Shown here: one piece after another, positions 1 to 14,603 of the stretch
Layout of the letters: each line of letters begins with the position of its first letter
Numbering within the stretch: position 1 is the stretch's first letter
Assembly (NCBI RefSeq): GCF_006345805.1
Contig: NC_043003.1
Location: 7,068,001-7,132,000, forward strand
Direction of reading: 5' to 3'
Source: Octopus sinensis
Lineage: Eukaryota
DNA length: 64,000 nucleotides
Program-made: the position numbers and the translations under genes
Notes under the pieces: generated by a model
What the model was told of the DNA's origin: nothing
Databases searched by the model: none
The model's input: the letters and a program-made list of their open reading frames with translations, nothing else

Positions 1-312
1 TACAAAAGAATAAGTCCCGGGGTCGAGTTGCTCGACTAAAGGCGGTGCTCCAGCATGGCCGCAGTCAAATGACTGAAACATGTAAAAGAGAGAAAAGAGT
101 ATAGGTTGGACAGGATTTGTTGAGACAGATTTTTCTATAGCTGGATGCCCTTCCAATCACCAACCCTCACTTATATCCAAATAAGGTAATATTTCCTCAT
201 GACCAAATATGTTTTCATGGAAGAATGCAACAAGGTGACACACATTTAGAAGTATCATATGATGTCAGGACAAGGAGGTAGGAACACAAAACATGTATAT
301 AAACATGTGTGT

Positions 313-758
313 GAAGGCACATGGCTCAGTGGTTACAGCATCGGCTCACAAATCATGAGGTTGTGAGCTCGAATCCCGGACCGGGTTGCGTGTTGTGTTC
401 TTGAGCAAGACACTTTATTTCACTTTGCTCCAGTTCACTCAGCTGTAGAAATGAGTTGTGACATTATTGGTGCCAAGCTGTATCGGCCCCTTTGCCTTTC
501 CCTTGGATAACATCGGTGGCATGGAGAAGGGAGACTGGTATGCATGGGTGACTGCTGGTCTTTCACAAACAACCTTGCCCGGACTTGTGCCTCAGAGGGT
601 AACTTTCTAGGTGCAAGCTCATGGTCATTCATGACTGAAAGGGGTCTTACCCTTTACCCCAGGTGACAGTCTTCCATAAACAACCTTGCCCAGACTTGTG
701 CCTCGGAAGGTAATTTCCTAGGTGCAATCCCATGGTCATTCATGACTGAAAGGGGTCT
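313..758 (+). mobile_element. tRNA-derived SINE with tandemly duplicated ~100-bp 3' end; second copy on minus strand at ~4770-5060
   Basis: A/B-box-like head (TGGCTCAGTGG...GCTCGAATCC), central gtgttcttgagcaagacac block, 3' block repeated at 657-758. Confidence 0.75.
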
Positions 759-944
759 CCTTATACATGTTTATACATAACAGGTTTCTTTTAGTTTCTG
801 TCTACAAAATACATTCAAAAGGCTTTGGTCAACACAGGGATATAGTAGAAGACACTCACCCGAGGAACCATAGAAGGAACTGAACCCAGAACCATGTGGT
901 TGGGAAGCAAACTCCTTACCACACAGCCACACCTATGCCTTGTG

Positions 945-1195
945 AAAGATGAGATTCCAGTTTGCTGGACATTGTTGTAGAGCTGAAAAAGAGGTAATTT
1001 CTACTCTTCTCCTCTGGAAGCCATCTACTCGCAATACCAGAGGGCGCACACTCTCCTACCCTGATGTAATCTCCAGGGATACAGGCATCCAGCAACAGGA
1101 CCTCCGTAATGCCATGATGGACCGTGAGGTCTGGCGTAACATGGTAAATTCTATTGTCTCGACCACGGTCGAACAATGATGAATGATGATGATTA
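945..1195 (+). mobile_element. RTE/RTEX-type LINE 3' fragment with (GAT)n-like tail
   Basis: RFQFAGHCCRAEKE...LLLWKP...MMDREVWR, typical ORF2 C-terminus; tgatgaatgatgatga tail. Confidence 0.75.
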
Positions 1196-1768
1196 TAGAG
1201 TTAATTTTTATTTCAAGAAAATTTTTCAACTAAACACACATACATACATACATAGAAAGAGACAAATATCTGTATGAAGTAAAGAGAGAACAACTTGTCA
1301 AAAACTGAATCCAGAAACTTCACCGGATGTCATCAGTTGAGTCTGGACACAATGGAATTAGTGAAAACCATGTATCTACAAATAGTCTAATGAGACGATA
1401 TTGCAGGACGGGAGGCTTACTTGATTAAATTTGATTTGAGAAACGAATAAGTTTGCTCCAGCATTGGTTATTAAAAGAGGTGTGTTAATGCAAAACATAA
1501 ATGTCGTTCAATGAACAGGGAATATTCACAGAACAATAGCAAAGCTGCAAGAATAAAAATAAAGTCCATACTGTAATTGATGGCATAAAAGATGGGCATA
1601 TTAGACTCACCCTGATTCCAGTAACATATATTCAGAAAGAAAAATGGTCTTAGTGTATTAAAACATGTGAAAGAAACCCAGCATTGCACATAGGACCCAA
1701 GGCAAGTTTTATGAGACAAATTCTTGGAAAAAAAGTGTCTTATACGTCATCAAACACAATATGTATAC

Positions 1769-1801
<33 letters not shown>

Positions 1802-2202
1802 CACACACATGTGTATATGGTGTATTTGATGGCATAAAAGACATATGGGTATATTAGACTAGACATGCCCTGATTCCAGCAACACATATACAGGAAAAAA
1901 AAAATGTGTCTTGTAGACCATCAAATATGGTGTGTGTGTAGAGAGAGAGAGAATGAGATGTGTATGTGTGAGACTAACAAAAACAAAGATCAAAATGTTG
2001 TGACACTAATCCCCTCTAATCCTATATTAATCAGCAGTAAATGCAATATTAGCTGCCATTTCCATAGCAACTCATTACAAAAAATCTTGATGACATTTCA
2101 ACGAGTGAATCCATATTTTCTTCTTCAATTCTTTTAACATGAAGGTTTTTGTATATAATCGACTGTTGTGGATTTGGGTATTGGTCAGCAAAAGATGGGT
2201 AC

Positions 2203-2328
2203 CTATGTGTTGCTATCACCATAATGGCTTTTAATAGCATCAATTAAATCTTTCTTTTTCTTCGTAGAACATTTAATACCATTTTCTTTCATCAGTCTGT
2301 CAAGGTCAGCCACTTTGAGTTGCTCCAA
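2203..2328 (-). CDS. XRCC6: Ku70 terminal coding exon 19, SAP domain (LEQLKVADLDRLMKENGIKCSTKKKKDLIDAIKSHYGDSNT*)
   Basis: gaacag acceptor, TAG at 2205-2203; SAP-like pattern. Confidence 0.93.
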   Translation of the reverse strand: MEQLKVADLDRLMKENGIKCSTKKKKDLIDAIKSHYGDSNT

Positions 2329-2830
2329 CTGTTCAATTAAAAAAGAATATACATCAATACATACATTTTTATATAAAAATCAAAATCAAATTCGATGATG
2401 GGCGTCTGTGCTAGCAGGGTGCAAAGAGCACCATACGAGTGTGATCATTGACAGAGTGGCTAACCAGCTTCCGTGCTGCCAGTGGAACTTAAAAGGCACC
2501 ATTCGAGTGTGATTGTTACCAGCGTCCCCTTACTGGCTCTCGAGCCCCATGCTAGTAGGGTATTAAGAGCACCATCCGAGCGTGATTGTTGCCAGAGCAG
2601 CTATCTGGCCTCCGTGCTGGTGGCACGTAAAAGCTCCCACTACACACTCGGAGTGGTTGGTGTTAGGAAGGGCATCCACCTGTAGAAACTCTGCCAGATC
2701 AAGATTGGAGCCTGGTGCAGCCATCTGGCTCGCCAGTCCTCAGTCAAACCATCCAACCCATGCCAGCATGGAAAGCGAACGTTAAACGATGATGATGATG
2801 ATGATGTATATACAAATATATAACACACAC

Positions 2831-2864
<34 letters not shown>

Positions 2865-5800
2865 GTCTATGTGTCTGTGTCTTAGCGTTTTTTTTGTGTT
2901 CCCTACAACTGCTTCACAACTGGTGTTGATGCGTTTATGTCCCCAATAACTTAGCAGCTTGGCAAAAGAGAGTGACAGAATAAGTACTGGACTTTAAAAA
3001 GAAAAAAAGAAATAGAAGTACCAGGGTCGATTCATTCGACTAAAAATTCTTCAAGGCACTGCCCCAGCATGGCCACAGCCTAATGACTGAAACCAGTAAA
3101 AGATAGAAGATAAGACTAACCTTCTGATCCATCCAATATACTTTCAAGTCTTTGTCCGTCAGTGGATGTTTACTAGAGTCTGTCTTTTTGGCAGTGTCGC
3201 CGCCTCCAGCTCTCTACAGTCACAGAAAAGCAAGAAAAACGAAATTATAACAAACAGTTTCAAATAACATATAACACACAGAATAATGGAAGACAATACA
3301 CAAATACCAATGACATTTTAATTTATCGTTATTTCTTCTGTCTTTTCTGAGGAGTAGCCAGGTATTTGCTCTTCAGCAAGATACCTGTTCACGTCCCTCA
3401 AATCATACTTTAACCTTTTCATTACCAACCTGGCTGAAACCACCTCTGGCTCTGTAGTACAAATGTCTTATTTTCATAAGTTTTAAATTAAAATCTTCCA
3501 CCAAACCTTAGTCACAATTTATGTTCCTAACACTAGCTTAATGATAACTAAGTTATTTTACTAAATTCTTTGTTATATTTAAAAGTAATCAAAAAAACCA
3601 CAGAGCATCTCAAAATAAATACAGTAATGAAAGGGTTAACCTCTCGTCACCTGGCACCTTAGTTGAAAGGCTCTTGCCTTGCAAGTTACTTGGTGATTGC
3701 ACTGGTGCTGGTGCCATATAAAAAGTACCGACTACACGCTGTGAAATGGTCAGTGTTACAAAGGGCATCCAGCAGTAGAAACCATGTCAAAGCAGACATT
3801 GTAGCTGGCGCAATCCTCTGGCTTGCCAACTTCTACTGAGCCATGGCAGCAGGGGAAATGGACATTAAACGAGCATGGATCTGGGATAGGGTCTAAGCAA
3901 TCCATACAGACAGAACCCAGTGTCGCTTACCTTTTTCTTGTTGTCTGGGTTGTAGTCTTCGGGAAACACAGCTTCTTTGAAATTCTTTATTGCCTCTCCA
4001 CCTTTCTTATCCATAGCCTTAGTGTCTGGTACTGTAACAATGATGATTAATAATAATAATAATAATAATGATAATAATAATAATAATGATAATAATAATA
4101 ATAATAACAATAATAATAATAATAATGATAATAATAATAATAACTATGATGATTTCAAATTTTTGGCACAGGGGCAGCTTGGGGGAGGGAGATAAGCCGA
4201 TTACATCAACCCCAGTGTTTCACTGGTACTTAATTTATTGACCCTGAAAGGATAAAAGGCAAAGTCAACCTAGATGGAATTTGAACTCAGAGTGTAATGG
4301 CAGGTGAAATACCACTAAGCATTTCACTCGGTGCCCTAATGGTTCTGCCAGCCCTCTGCCTTCTTAACAACAACAATGACGACAACGATGATGATGATGA
4401 TGATAACAATGATAATAATATAATAATAATAATATAATAATAGTTTCCAATTTTTGCACAATGTCAGCAATTTTGGGGGGAGAGGGAAAAAGTCAATTAC
4501 ATTGAACCAAAATTTTTAAGTGGTGCTTGTTTTATTGACCCTGAAATAATGGAAGGCAAAGATGACCTTGGTGGAATTTGAACTCAGAACGTGAAGCCGG
4601 ACAAAATGCTAAGCAAATCTTCACTTTTATAAGTGAACAATCTGGTATGTTGATTTTAATGGCCTACCAATGTATACAGTTAGTTTCTTTGCCCTAGGTG
4701 TTGGGAAGACACTCAGCAAGAAATGGAAAGAAAACTGAAAGAAAAATAGTAGTAGTAGTTGCTGAGACCCCCTTCAGTCATGACTGACCATGGGATTGCA
4801 CCCAGAAAGTTACCTTCCCAGGCACAAGTCCGAGCAAGGTTGTTTTATGGAAGACCAGCAGTCGCCCATGCATACCAGCCTCTCCCTCTCCACGCCACCA
4901 ATGTTATCCAAGGGAAAGGCAAAGGTTGATACAGCTCGGCACCAATGACGTCGCAGCTCATTTCTACAGCTGAGTGAACTGGAGCAACGTGAAATAAAGT
5001 GGCTTGCTCAAGAACACAACTCACAATCGTAAGCTCGATGCTCTAACCACTGAGCCATGCATAATAGTAGTAGTAGTAAAAACAATAATGGAGCTAGAAC
5101 AGCTAAAGCAATACACTATTTACATATCTTAAGGTTTCAATCATTACCACAATGCTGTCAGTTATGTCTGCATTGTATGTATTCATAGGAGATTGTCCCA
5201 CTACCAATTCATTAAGTACGTGAAGCCTATACTGCATTTAAGGAGGTCTAATAAGGCTAGAATATGTCCAGAGTTGTCTCCCATACAAATATCCAGGAAT
5301 AAACGATCAGGACATAAATACAACATTATAAAATGGAAGAAAATATTAGAGAATGTATCTGACACAGCTGTGGCTGTATGAAAAAGAAGTTTGTCTCCCA
5401 ACCAGACAGTTTCTGGTTCAGTCCCACAGTGCAGCTTGTTGGGCAAGTGTTTTTTACTACAGCCCCAGGTCGACCAAAGCCTTCTGAATGGATTTGGCAG
5501 GCAGAAACTGGTAAAAAAAACCCTATTTGTGTGTGGGTGTGGGTGCATGTGTGCGTGTTTGTGTCTTCTTGGCTTGACATCACAGGATTGTTGTAAATGA
5601 ATGCCATTTGCTTCTAATATTCTACTCTTTTACTTGTTTCAGTCATTTGACTGTTGCCATGCTGGAGCACCGCCTTTAGTCTAGCAAATCGACCCCCAGG
5701 ATCTATTCTATCAGTCTCTTTTGCCGAACTGCTAAGTTATGGTGACAATAACACACCACCATCGGTTTTCAAGCGATGTTGGGAGGACAAACACAGACAC

Positions 5801-8800
5801 ACACATATATACGACGGGCTTCTTTCAGTTTCCATCTACCAAATCCACTCACAAGGCTTTGGTTGACCTGAGGCTGTAGTAGAAGGCACTTGTCGCCCCC
5901 CACCCCCCAAAAAAACCCTCATGCCATGGGGAAATATTAACTTGCTATGAAACAAATGAGGATTGGTGACAAGAAGGGCACCCAGGTGCAGAAAACCTGC
6001 CTCAGGGAACTCTGTCCAATCCATGCAAGAATTGAAAAGTGATTGCTAAAACGATGATGACAACTCCTTCAGCAAGTTTCTCCCATCCCTATTGTTGATA
6101 TTCATAAACAACATCACTACATCCCATCTATTATTATATCAGTCCCACTTATTCTTCTTACCAACTTAGTAGAATATACCGTATTTTAAGATGTATAAGG
6201 AACCTTTTTTTGTCAAAAATTAGGGAAAAAAATTAAGGGAGTTTCTTATACATAGGTAGGATTATAATCCTTTATAAAACCTTTTTTCCAAATTTTAAGC
6301 CCTCCCTCCTCCAAATTAAGGGGTTTCCTTCATCATCATCATCATCATCGTTTAACGTCCGTTCTCCATGCTAGCATGGGTTGGACGGTTCGACCGGGGA
6401 TCTGGGAAGCCAGAAGGCTGCACCAGGCTCCAGTCTTATCTGGCAATGTTTCTACAGCTGGATGCCCTTCCTAACGCCAACCACTCCGTGAGTGTAGTGG
6501 GTGCTTTTTATGTGCCACCCGGACAGGTGCCAGGCGAGGCTGGCAACAGCCACGGTCGGATTGGTGCAATTTACGAGCCACCAGCACGGAAGCCAGTCGA
6601 GGCAGCGCTGGCATCGGCCACGATTCGGATAGTGCTTTTTACGTACCACCAGTCCAGGGGTCCTGGCATCTGCCGGGTGCCAGTCATAGGATTGGTTCAA
6701 TTTCGATTTCGATTTCACTTGCCCCAACATGTCTTCGCCTTATACATGTTAAAATACAGTACTTTACTAAAGAGATCTCATAAGACTGGAGTATGTCAGT
6801 TACTTTCACCAATTGGGCTAAAAGACCAGATCCACTTTGGTGCACTATTTCTTGCAGTAGATTGGTCTGGTATCCAAACAACTGAAGAAAGCCACCAAGA
6901 AGAGAGGCAAAGCAGTTGAAACCAGTTCAAGGCGGATGTGGTTTGCCAAAAAAAAAAAAACTGATAGAATAAGTACCAGGCTTAAAAAAAAATAAAATGG
7001 TTTGGGGCTGATTCATTCTACTAAAAATTCTTCAAGCCAGCACTCCAGCATGGTCACCGTCTAATGATTGAAACAAATCATCATCATCATCATCGTTTAG
7101 CGTCCGCTTTCCATGCTAGCATGAGTTGGACGGGTCAACTGGGGTCTGTGAAGCTGGAAGGCTTCGTCAGGCCCAGTCTGATCTGGCAGTGTTTCTACAG
7201 CTGGATGCCCTTCCTAACGCCAACCACTCCGCGAGTGTAGTGGGTGTTTTTTACGTGCCACCTGCACAGGTGCCAGACAGAGCTGGCGAACGGCCACGAA
7301 CGGATGGTGCTTTTACGTGCCACCGACACGGGGCCAGGCGAGGCTGGCAACGGATACGAACGGATGGTGCTTTTACGTGTCACTGGCACGGGGCCAGGCG
7401 AGGCTGGCAACGAACACGAACGGATGATGCTTTTACGTGCCACCGACACGGGGGCCAGGCAGAGCTGGCAAACGGCCACGAGCGAATGGTGCTTTTACGT
7501 ATCACCGGCACGGGTGCCAGACGAGGCTGACAGCGAACACGAACGGATGGGTCACTTAACCCCTGCTTTCTGTTATATGGTTTGATTTTGATTGTTCTCA
7601 CTGGTCTTGCCGGGTCTTCTCACGCACAGCATACTTCCATAGGTCTCGGTCTCTGGTCATTTCCTTGGTGAGACCTAGAGTTCGAAGGTCGTGCTTCACC
7701 ACCTCGACCCAGGTTTTCCTGGGTCTACCTCTTCCACAGGTCCCCTCAACTGCCAGGGTGTGGCACTTTTTCACACACCTATCTTCATCCATTCTCACCA
7801 CATGACCATACCAGCGCAATCGTCTCTCTTGCACACATCTGATGCCTCTTAGGTCCAACTTTTCTCTCAAGGTACTTACACTCTGTCGACTATGAACACT
7901 GACATTACACATCCAACGGAGCATACTAGCTTCGATAAAAAATATAAAAATAAAATAAACTCCACGATAAACTTACATGTATTATCAACAAATTCTTCAG
8001 ATGATTCCTTGTCCAGGACCCTGTTTTCGATATTCATCCAATGGTACTTAAGAGGAGGATTGTCGAAGTGGGTGAAGTTGTATTTGATTTTAAGGGATTT
8101 GATGAGTTTCTTGGCCAAATCAATCTGTCCGTCTTGAGCTGGAAAGAAAACAAAATACAACAACCCAATAATGCTGATCTTTAGTTGAGGTAACAAAAAC
8201 AGTCAATATGGTAACTATAGAAATGGCAACTCTTTCTGTTGGTGATGACAATAAGTGGTCCAGTTGATCTGATCAATGGAACAGCCTTCTTGCGTAATTT
8301 ATGTGTAAGTGGCTGAGTACTGGCCGAGTTCCTTTCGAGCATTGGACCTGACGGAGGCAAAGTGGCTATCCCAGTCTGAGCGATAGATGGAAGCAAAGTG
8401 GCATGGGAGCCAGTTAGGTGGCACTGGTATCAACCACACTCAAATGGTGCTTTTTACGGGTCACAAGCACAGGAGCCAGTCAGGCAGTACTGGCATTGGC
8501 CACGCTGGAATGGCACATATTACATGCCACTGGCACAGGTGCCAGTCAGATGGCACTGGCATCAGCCACAACATTGTTTTCAATTAATCACATATTAACT
8601 TGTAGCTTCAAGATTTCAAGGTTGTGATTGTTCGCTTTTAGAATGACATTGCAGGGTTGGTATGACAGGCCAGATCTAATGAATTTCAAAGAAAAACAGG
8701 TAGAATACTTGGGTTGGACATGGTTGGTTTAACTACAAAACGATTAATACTGGAAGGCACCATTACAAACAATTTTATTTTCAAGGGAGAAAAAATAGAA

Positions 8801-11800
8801 AATAAAGTCATTTATTGTGGTGCCATTCATAACCCTGATGATTCATTGAAAGTCAAATTAACAGGAATAAATTGTCTTTAACCCTTTCGTTACTATATTT
8901 CTGACCAAAATACACCCCTTATGTGTTTCAATTAATTTCTAACAATCATAAATTTAGTCTGGTTTCATTAAACAACTATAACTTTTTTATTTATCAATAT
9001 ATTAATCTGATTTTTGGAAGATAATTTAATGAAATGTTCTCAACCAATTCTATACTATAATTTTTGTCACAAAGTGACTCTAATTGCAGGTAGATACAGG
9101 TAAATTCAACAAAATATTAAATTATTAAAATTTTGTTCGAACATCGCTATAGAAAATGGGTTATTAGCTAATATTCAGTTGGGTATACAACAAAATTTTA
9201 CGATAGAATTTGTTATTCTGGGTAACTTTCTGATACCCATAATAATATTTATGGCAAAATAGTCTTAATTTCATTTAAGGTTATGGGAAACCACAAACTA
9301 TCCTTTCTTTCGTTTTGTTTACATTTAGCGTAACGGTTTGTTTCCGTCGTAATGATTTCAAATAGGCTCATTCGAAAAAGTCAAAAGAAATAGTCTAAGG
9401 CCTTACTCTTCTGGGAAAGTCTCTGGCTTGGTCCAGTTTCTTCAGAAAAATCACCGAAAGAAACAGTTTTTAAATTTTCACTCCATTCAGGTGCCAATTC
9501 ATTTTCTTTATCGCTGTCGGAGCTCTCGGATTCACTGTTTTCACTTTCGGAAAATGAAACATCAGATTCATTATCAAATACCACGTGCTTTTTTTTTTCA
9601 GTCATAGAGTTAGATTTATGAAGGTCTTCAGTAGAAAATCCTTTGAATTCTGACTTGCTGCTTGATATAATGAAATTTGTATCCATTTTTTGTCAGAATT
9701 ACAAATTTTGAAAACACAATAGGAACAAATTTCGGAAAAAAATCTCCCAAAATTCACGGAATTAAAATTACACTTCGATTTTTGTACAAAACTGTAGTTG
9801 AACTGTTTACGAAGTATAATACGTGTTTTCACGAATGTACTAAAGAGATTTGCTCTGATATTCTCATTTAAATATAAATAGGTAAATTCGGGCGGTTTGG
9901 TCACATTTACCAAAATTTTTTTCGGGCGGTTTGGTAACGAAAGGGTTAAGGAACGCTCTATGCTGATGCCAAACCTACAAGAAGTAGCAGCTAAATCACC
10001 AATATAGTCAGAGGTGTACTATACTGAGAAAGAAAACAAAATGCCTTTGATCACATTTCTACTCAATTAGAACCATCTTGTAGCTAAACAATGACAACAA
10101 CAATTATATTTTTCCTGTTGCTCCCAGGGATGTTATAAAAAAACCCCACAGATTTGTTCATTTTGAAAAGCGATGCTAACAAATTTGACAAACCTTTTGT
10201 AGTAGGGGCAACATTTAATTCTCGGAAATCTTCAGCATGAGGAAGGTAAAGCACATGAAAGCCTGGTGGCATTGACTGGATTTCATTCTCAAAAGTTTCT
10301 TTCTGAAAGATAAAAGATACATCACATTAAATCTCATACGTTTACAATTTATTGTAAGCTTTTATAATTTATTATAAAACATTTGTGAAATATTCCAAAT
10401 GTTAGAATTTTAGATACAATTCAATTTCTTGCAAATATTGAAACAAAAAAGAAAAGCATACCTGTGGCAGTAAGGCAACAAATTCCGGAGCGGATGTTTT
10501 AGATGATATATATTCACAAATTGGTACAACACCTCGCTGCAAACATCGGTCAAGTAAAGCTGAGAAAAAGCATGTGCTGCCACTTGTAGACTGTATTTTG
10601 AGAAAAGAAAGAAAAGAAAAAAACTGAGAATGGAAAGGAGGATGGACACAGAGAGACAGATGAGGGAAAAGTTATAAGATACAAAGATTTAGAATTGTAA
10701 ATGGGAAAACAGAAATTTGAAAGGAGTTCAGCCACAAGCTATAATATATATATTCATTGATTATATATCATTGGTCAAATGGTGAAGTGACCTGCTAGAT
10801 ATACCACCCAAATTATCTTTCAAGTTGCACTCTACAGTTTAACAAAAGAAAAATAATAAAAAAAAACGTTTGGAAACAACACCACTTGTATGACAGTGGT
10901 GCTTATTTACAACCATCACATGATGTTTAGGGAAACATACACACAAAGACAAAGTTCACCAAAAGGGAACAATAAAATAAGTGACAGACTTACAAAAGAA
11001 AAAATACTGGGGTCTGTAGATTGGTTTGTTGGGGTAGGGTGTGTGAAAAGTTTTCTTGTTACATGTGGGAGGAACATACAGGTCAGGGGCTAATGGATAG
11101 CAATAGTACGGTGAGACAGGGTGTGTGGGTGGAACACGAGTCAGGGGCTAGAGGATAGCAATGATACAAGGAGAAATGAATTTGTAAATCATAAATTTGA
11201 AATATTCTTCTCGTGTAGAGAAAGGGCCATAACAGAATAGAGTTTTATCACAAACAAGTTGGTATATAAAAGTTTTGCTTTTCAGCTGTTAAAATTGTAA
11301 AACTAAAATCAAACGGTAAAAAAAAAAAAAAATAACAACAGACCTTCTCTTCAGGATAAATGAAGTGTGTTGGTTTAATATGGTAATGTGTTCTCACATC
11401 TTTCTGTTGCTGAAAACCCAGGAGTTTGAATCCTATAAAGAGAAGGTTAAATTACTTTGCAAGCAGTCACAAGAGTGGATGTGCGATTGAGAGGCTTGCT
11501 TCCCAACCATTTGGTCTAGGGTTCAGTCCCACTGTGTGGCACTTTGGGCAAGTGTCTCCAACTATAGCTTAGGTCAACCAGGGCCTTGCGAATGGATCTG
11601 GTAGACAGAGACTAAAAGACAACTATCATACATACAGGGTCCGGTGAATAGATTGTCCTCTATATTACACAATAACACTGACATCACATTTTAACAGATA
11701 TATTTACCAAAATTACATAAAAATATCTTGAAATACTAAAGAGTAAATTTATTCAATAAAATTGCCTTTGGCTTCATCCACTGCCTCTAGATGACTTCAG

Positions 11801-14563
11801 AATCTCCTGCAACTCTTCTCAATGGTCTCCTCATTTAAGTTGGTGAATGCTGCCATAATCCTTTCCTGCAGGTCATCTTTCGTGTAACAAGGAGTTTTGT
11901 TGGTCTTTCGCTCAACTGTGTCCCACACATAATAATCAAGGGGGGTTACAGTCTGGGGAGTTAGGTGGCCTGGTGTTAGGGGTGATGTGGCCGCAGAAAT
12001 TGTCTGACATCCACAACTGGGTTCCCCTGCTTGTGTGTGCAGAGCCACCCTCTTGGCCCAATCTGATCTAGCAAGTTTCTGCAGCTGGATGCTCTTCCTA
12101 ACGCCAACCACTCTCAGAGCGTAGTGGGTGCTTTTTACGTGCCACCAGCAGAGGAGCCATTCAGGCAGGCCTGGCATCAATCATGTTCAGATAGTGCTTT
12201 TTACGTGCCACTGGCACGAGGGGGCCAGTCAGGAGGTACTAGCATCGGCCACATTTTGATGGTGCCTTTTACATGCCACCGGCATGAGAGCCAGTCAGGG
12301 GATACTAGCATCGGCCACATTCGGATGGTGCTTTTTACATGCCACTGGCACAGGGTAATGAAGATTATGTGACATTCATTCATGCTGTTCTTAAGAATAT
12401 TATTAATGTAACTGATGAGAAATGATTTCATTTAAAGAATGAAACTGGATGGCAACTGTGACAATCTAAACTGCAAGCATACAAGCATGTATGTCTATGA
12501 CTGCAAAAAGCCAAGCAGCCTCTTAAACAATTCTTCAGTAACAAAACTCACCTGGTTCACCAAACATGCGAATTTTCGTGACTTCCTCTTTCTCAAATGT
12601 AGCAGTCTTGTTGCCATATGTCTTGGAATATTTGATGTCTTGAGGCATAAGAGTTTCACCAGTATCCTGAAGAATATTTTTAAAAGTACTAAGTGAATAA
12701 TTCTTAGATCTTGGGATAGCCTGCTTTGCTTCAGTTCATTGAAGGAAGCAGTTTATTAACCAGTTATTGGTATGTGACTTGTACTAAAAGGAAACAATTA
12801 TTAAAGTCTACACTGACATGACTCAAGAAGGAAACATTATGATTGTGAAATGGTCAAATAATGTGATGTTGATGTCAATGGACAACAAAGCTGATACATA
12901 CAAAGTGCATTCCTGAAGTTTTGAGAGAACTGTCTCCTTCAATCTAAAATAACAAAAGGTGGCAGGTCAGCTTATTAGATGTATTACGATGACACATTAA
13001 AATTCAAATAATCAAGAACAGTTGCAACTGCTTCTCCTAAAAAAAGACTCAAAACTTATGGAATGCACCTTGTAATTAAAGGCATGTTTAATTAAGTCTG
13101 ATGTACGACTGGGTCTTAACATATATTGAATACCTGTAGATAAAACTGTCTGTTACTCTTCACTTCACTGTTGTCCCTCTTGTAAAGACGAACAGACGGA
13201 GGTTTTTGGCAACGTTGCTTCAATCGGAAACTAGAATGAGAGAGAAAGAGGATTACAATTGGCCTATGTTGTGGGTGTGAGAGAGAGAAAAGGAGGGAGG
13301 GGAAGTGGGGAGAGGAAAGGGAGAGGGGGAATAGAGAGAAAAGGGAGGGAGGGAAGAGAGAAAGAGGGGGAAAGCAGGAGAGAAGGAGGGTAGAGAGAAA
13401 GAGGGAGGGAAGAGGGAAAGAGGGGGGAAGAGAGAAAGAGGGAGAGAAGAGGGAAAGAGGGAGGGGAAGTGGGGAGAGGAAAGGGAGAGGGGGGAAAGAG
13501 AGAAAAGGGAGGGAAGAGGGAGGAAAACAGGAGAGAGGGAGGGCAGAGAGAAAGAGGGAGGGAGAGAGAAATGGGGAGGGAAAGAGAAAAAGAGTGAGGA
13601 AGAGAAAGAAAGAAAAGAGGGAGGGAGGGAAGAGAGAACAAAAGAAATAAAATTGGAGAAATTTCGATATGGCAACACTTTTTATAAAATTATTTGATGC
13701 AACATTGGATTGAAGTCATGCTGGAGCATCACCTTGAAGGGTTTAGCCAACAAACTGACCCCACTAGTTATTTTTAAGTCCAGTACTTATTGTATTGGTC
13801 TCCTCTGTGGAACTGCTAAGTTACAGGGATGTAAACAAACCATCACTGATAGTCAAGCGGTTGTGGAGGATACACAGACACACACACACACACTCAGAGG
13901 CTTCCACACAGTTTCTATCTACTAAATTCACTCAGAACGCATTGGTCAGCCCCAGGCTATTGTAGAAGACACTTGTCCAAGGTGCTGCACAGTGGGACTG
14001 AACCCAAAACCACACGGTTGCAAAGCAAGCTTCTTAACCACACAACTATTCTTGTGTCTCTGCTGAGATATTAACATTTTACCTGAATCATGGACATTCC
14101 TCTCAGTTTCATCTCACCCTGATTAATCAAACAACTAAATAATTCTCAGAAGAATCCAATTGATTGCCAAAATGCATTAACTCCTTACTGTTTAAACCGG
14201 CCACACCTGGCTCAAATATTCCGGCTGTTTTACATTCAAACTGGGTAGATCCATCTTATCACACCTACCCTGCAATGTCATTCTAAAACTAAACAAATAC
14301 CAGATATGGCCGATCAAAGAAGAAAATGGAGATTTGGAAGTTAATAATTGTTTATTATTAACAGTAAATTAATCATCTTCACTAATAATTATTAACTTCA
14401 TAATCACCATTTTCTTTTTTTTTTCCTTTATATGAATATAAACTATGTTTTTATATGTATACTTATTTTAAGGAAATTTATTCCCTAAAAATATTAACTA
14501 TTGAACCAGTATTTTCTGGATGAAACCATCCCTTCCTGAGGTCAACACACCCTCTAATTAGAT

Positions 14564-14603
<40 letters not shown>

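Noticed and set aside
6368-6919. 183-aa ORF and similar ORFs containing [12 protein letters not shown]
   Set aside because: Antisense readings of the RTE 3'-UTR repeat; they recur wherever the repeat occurs.
7240-7550. Repeat-spacer-like module arrays (conserved core + variable segment)
   Set aside because: The variable segments are homologous to each other and lie within an RTE 3' UTR; not CRISPR.
13253-13678. Ser/Pro/Leu/Phe-rich ORFs; also ORFs at 3977-4195 and 42369-42825
   Set aside because: Artefacts of homopurine, (AAT)n and (TA)n/(TG)n tracts.
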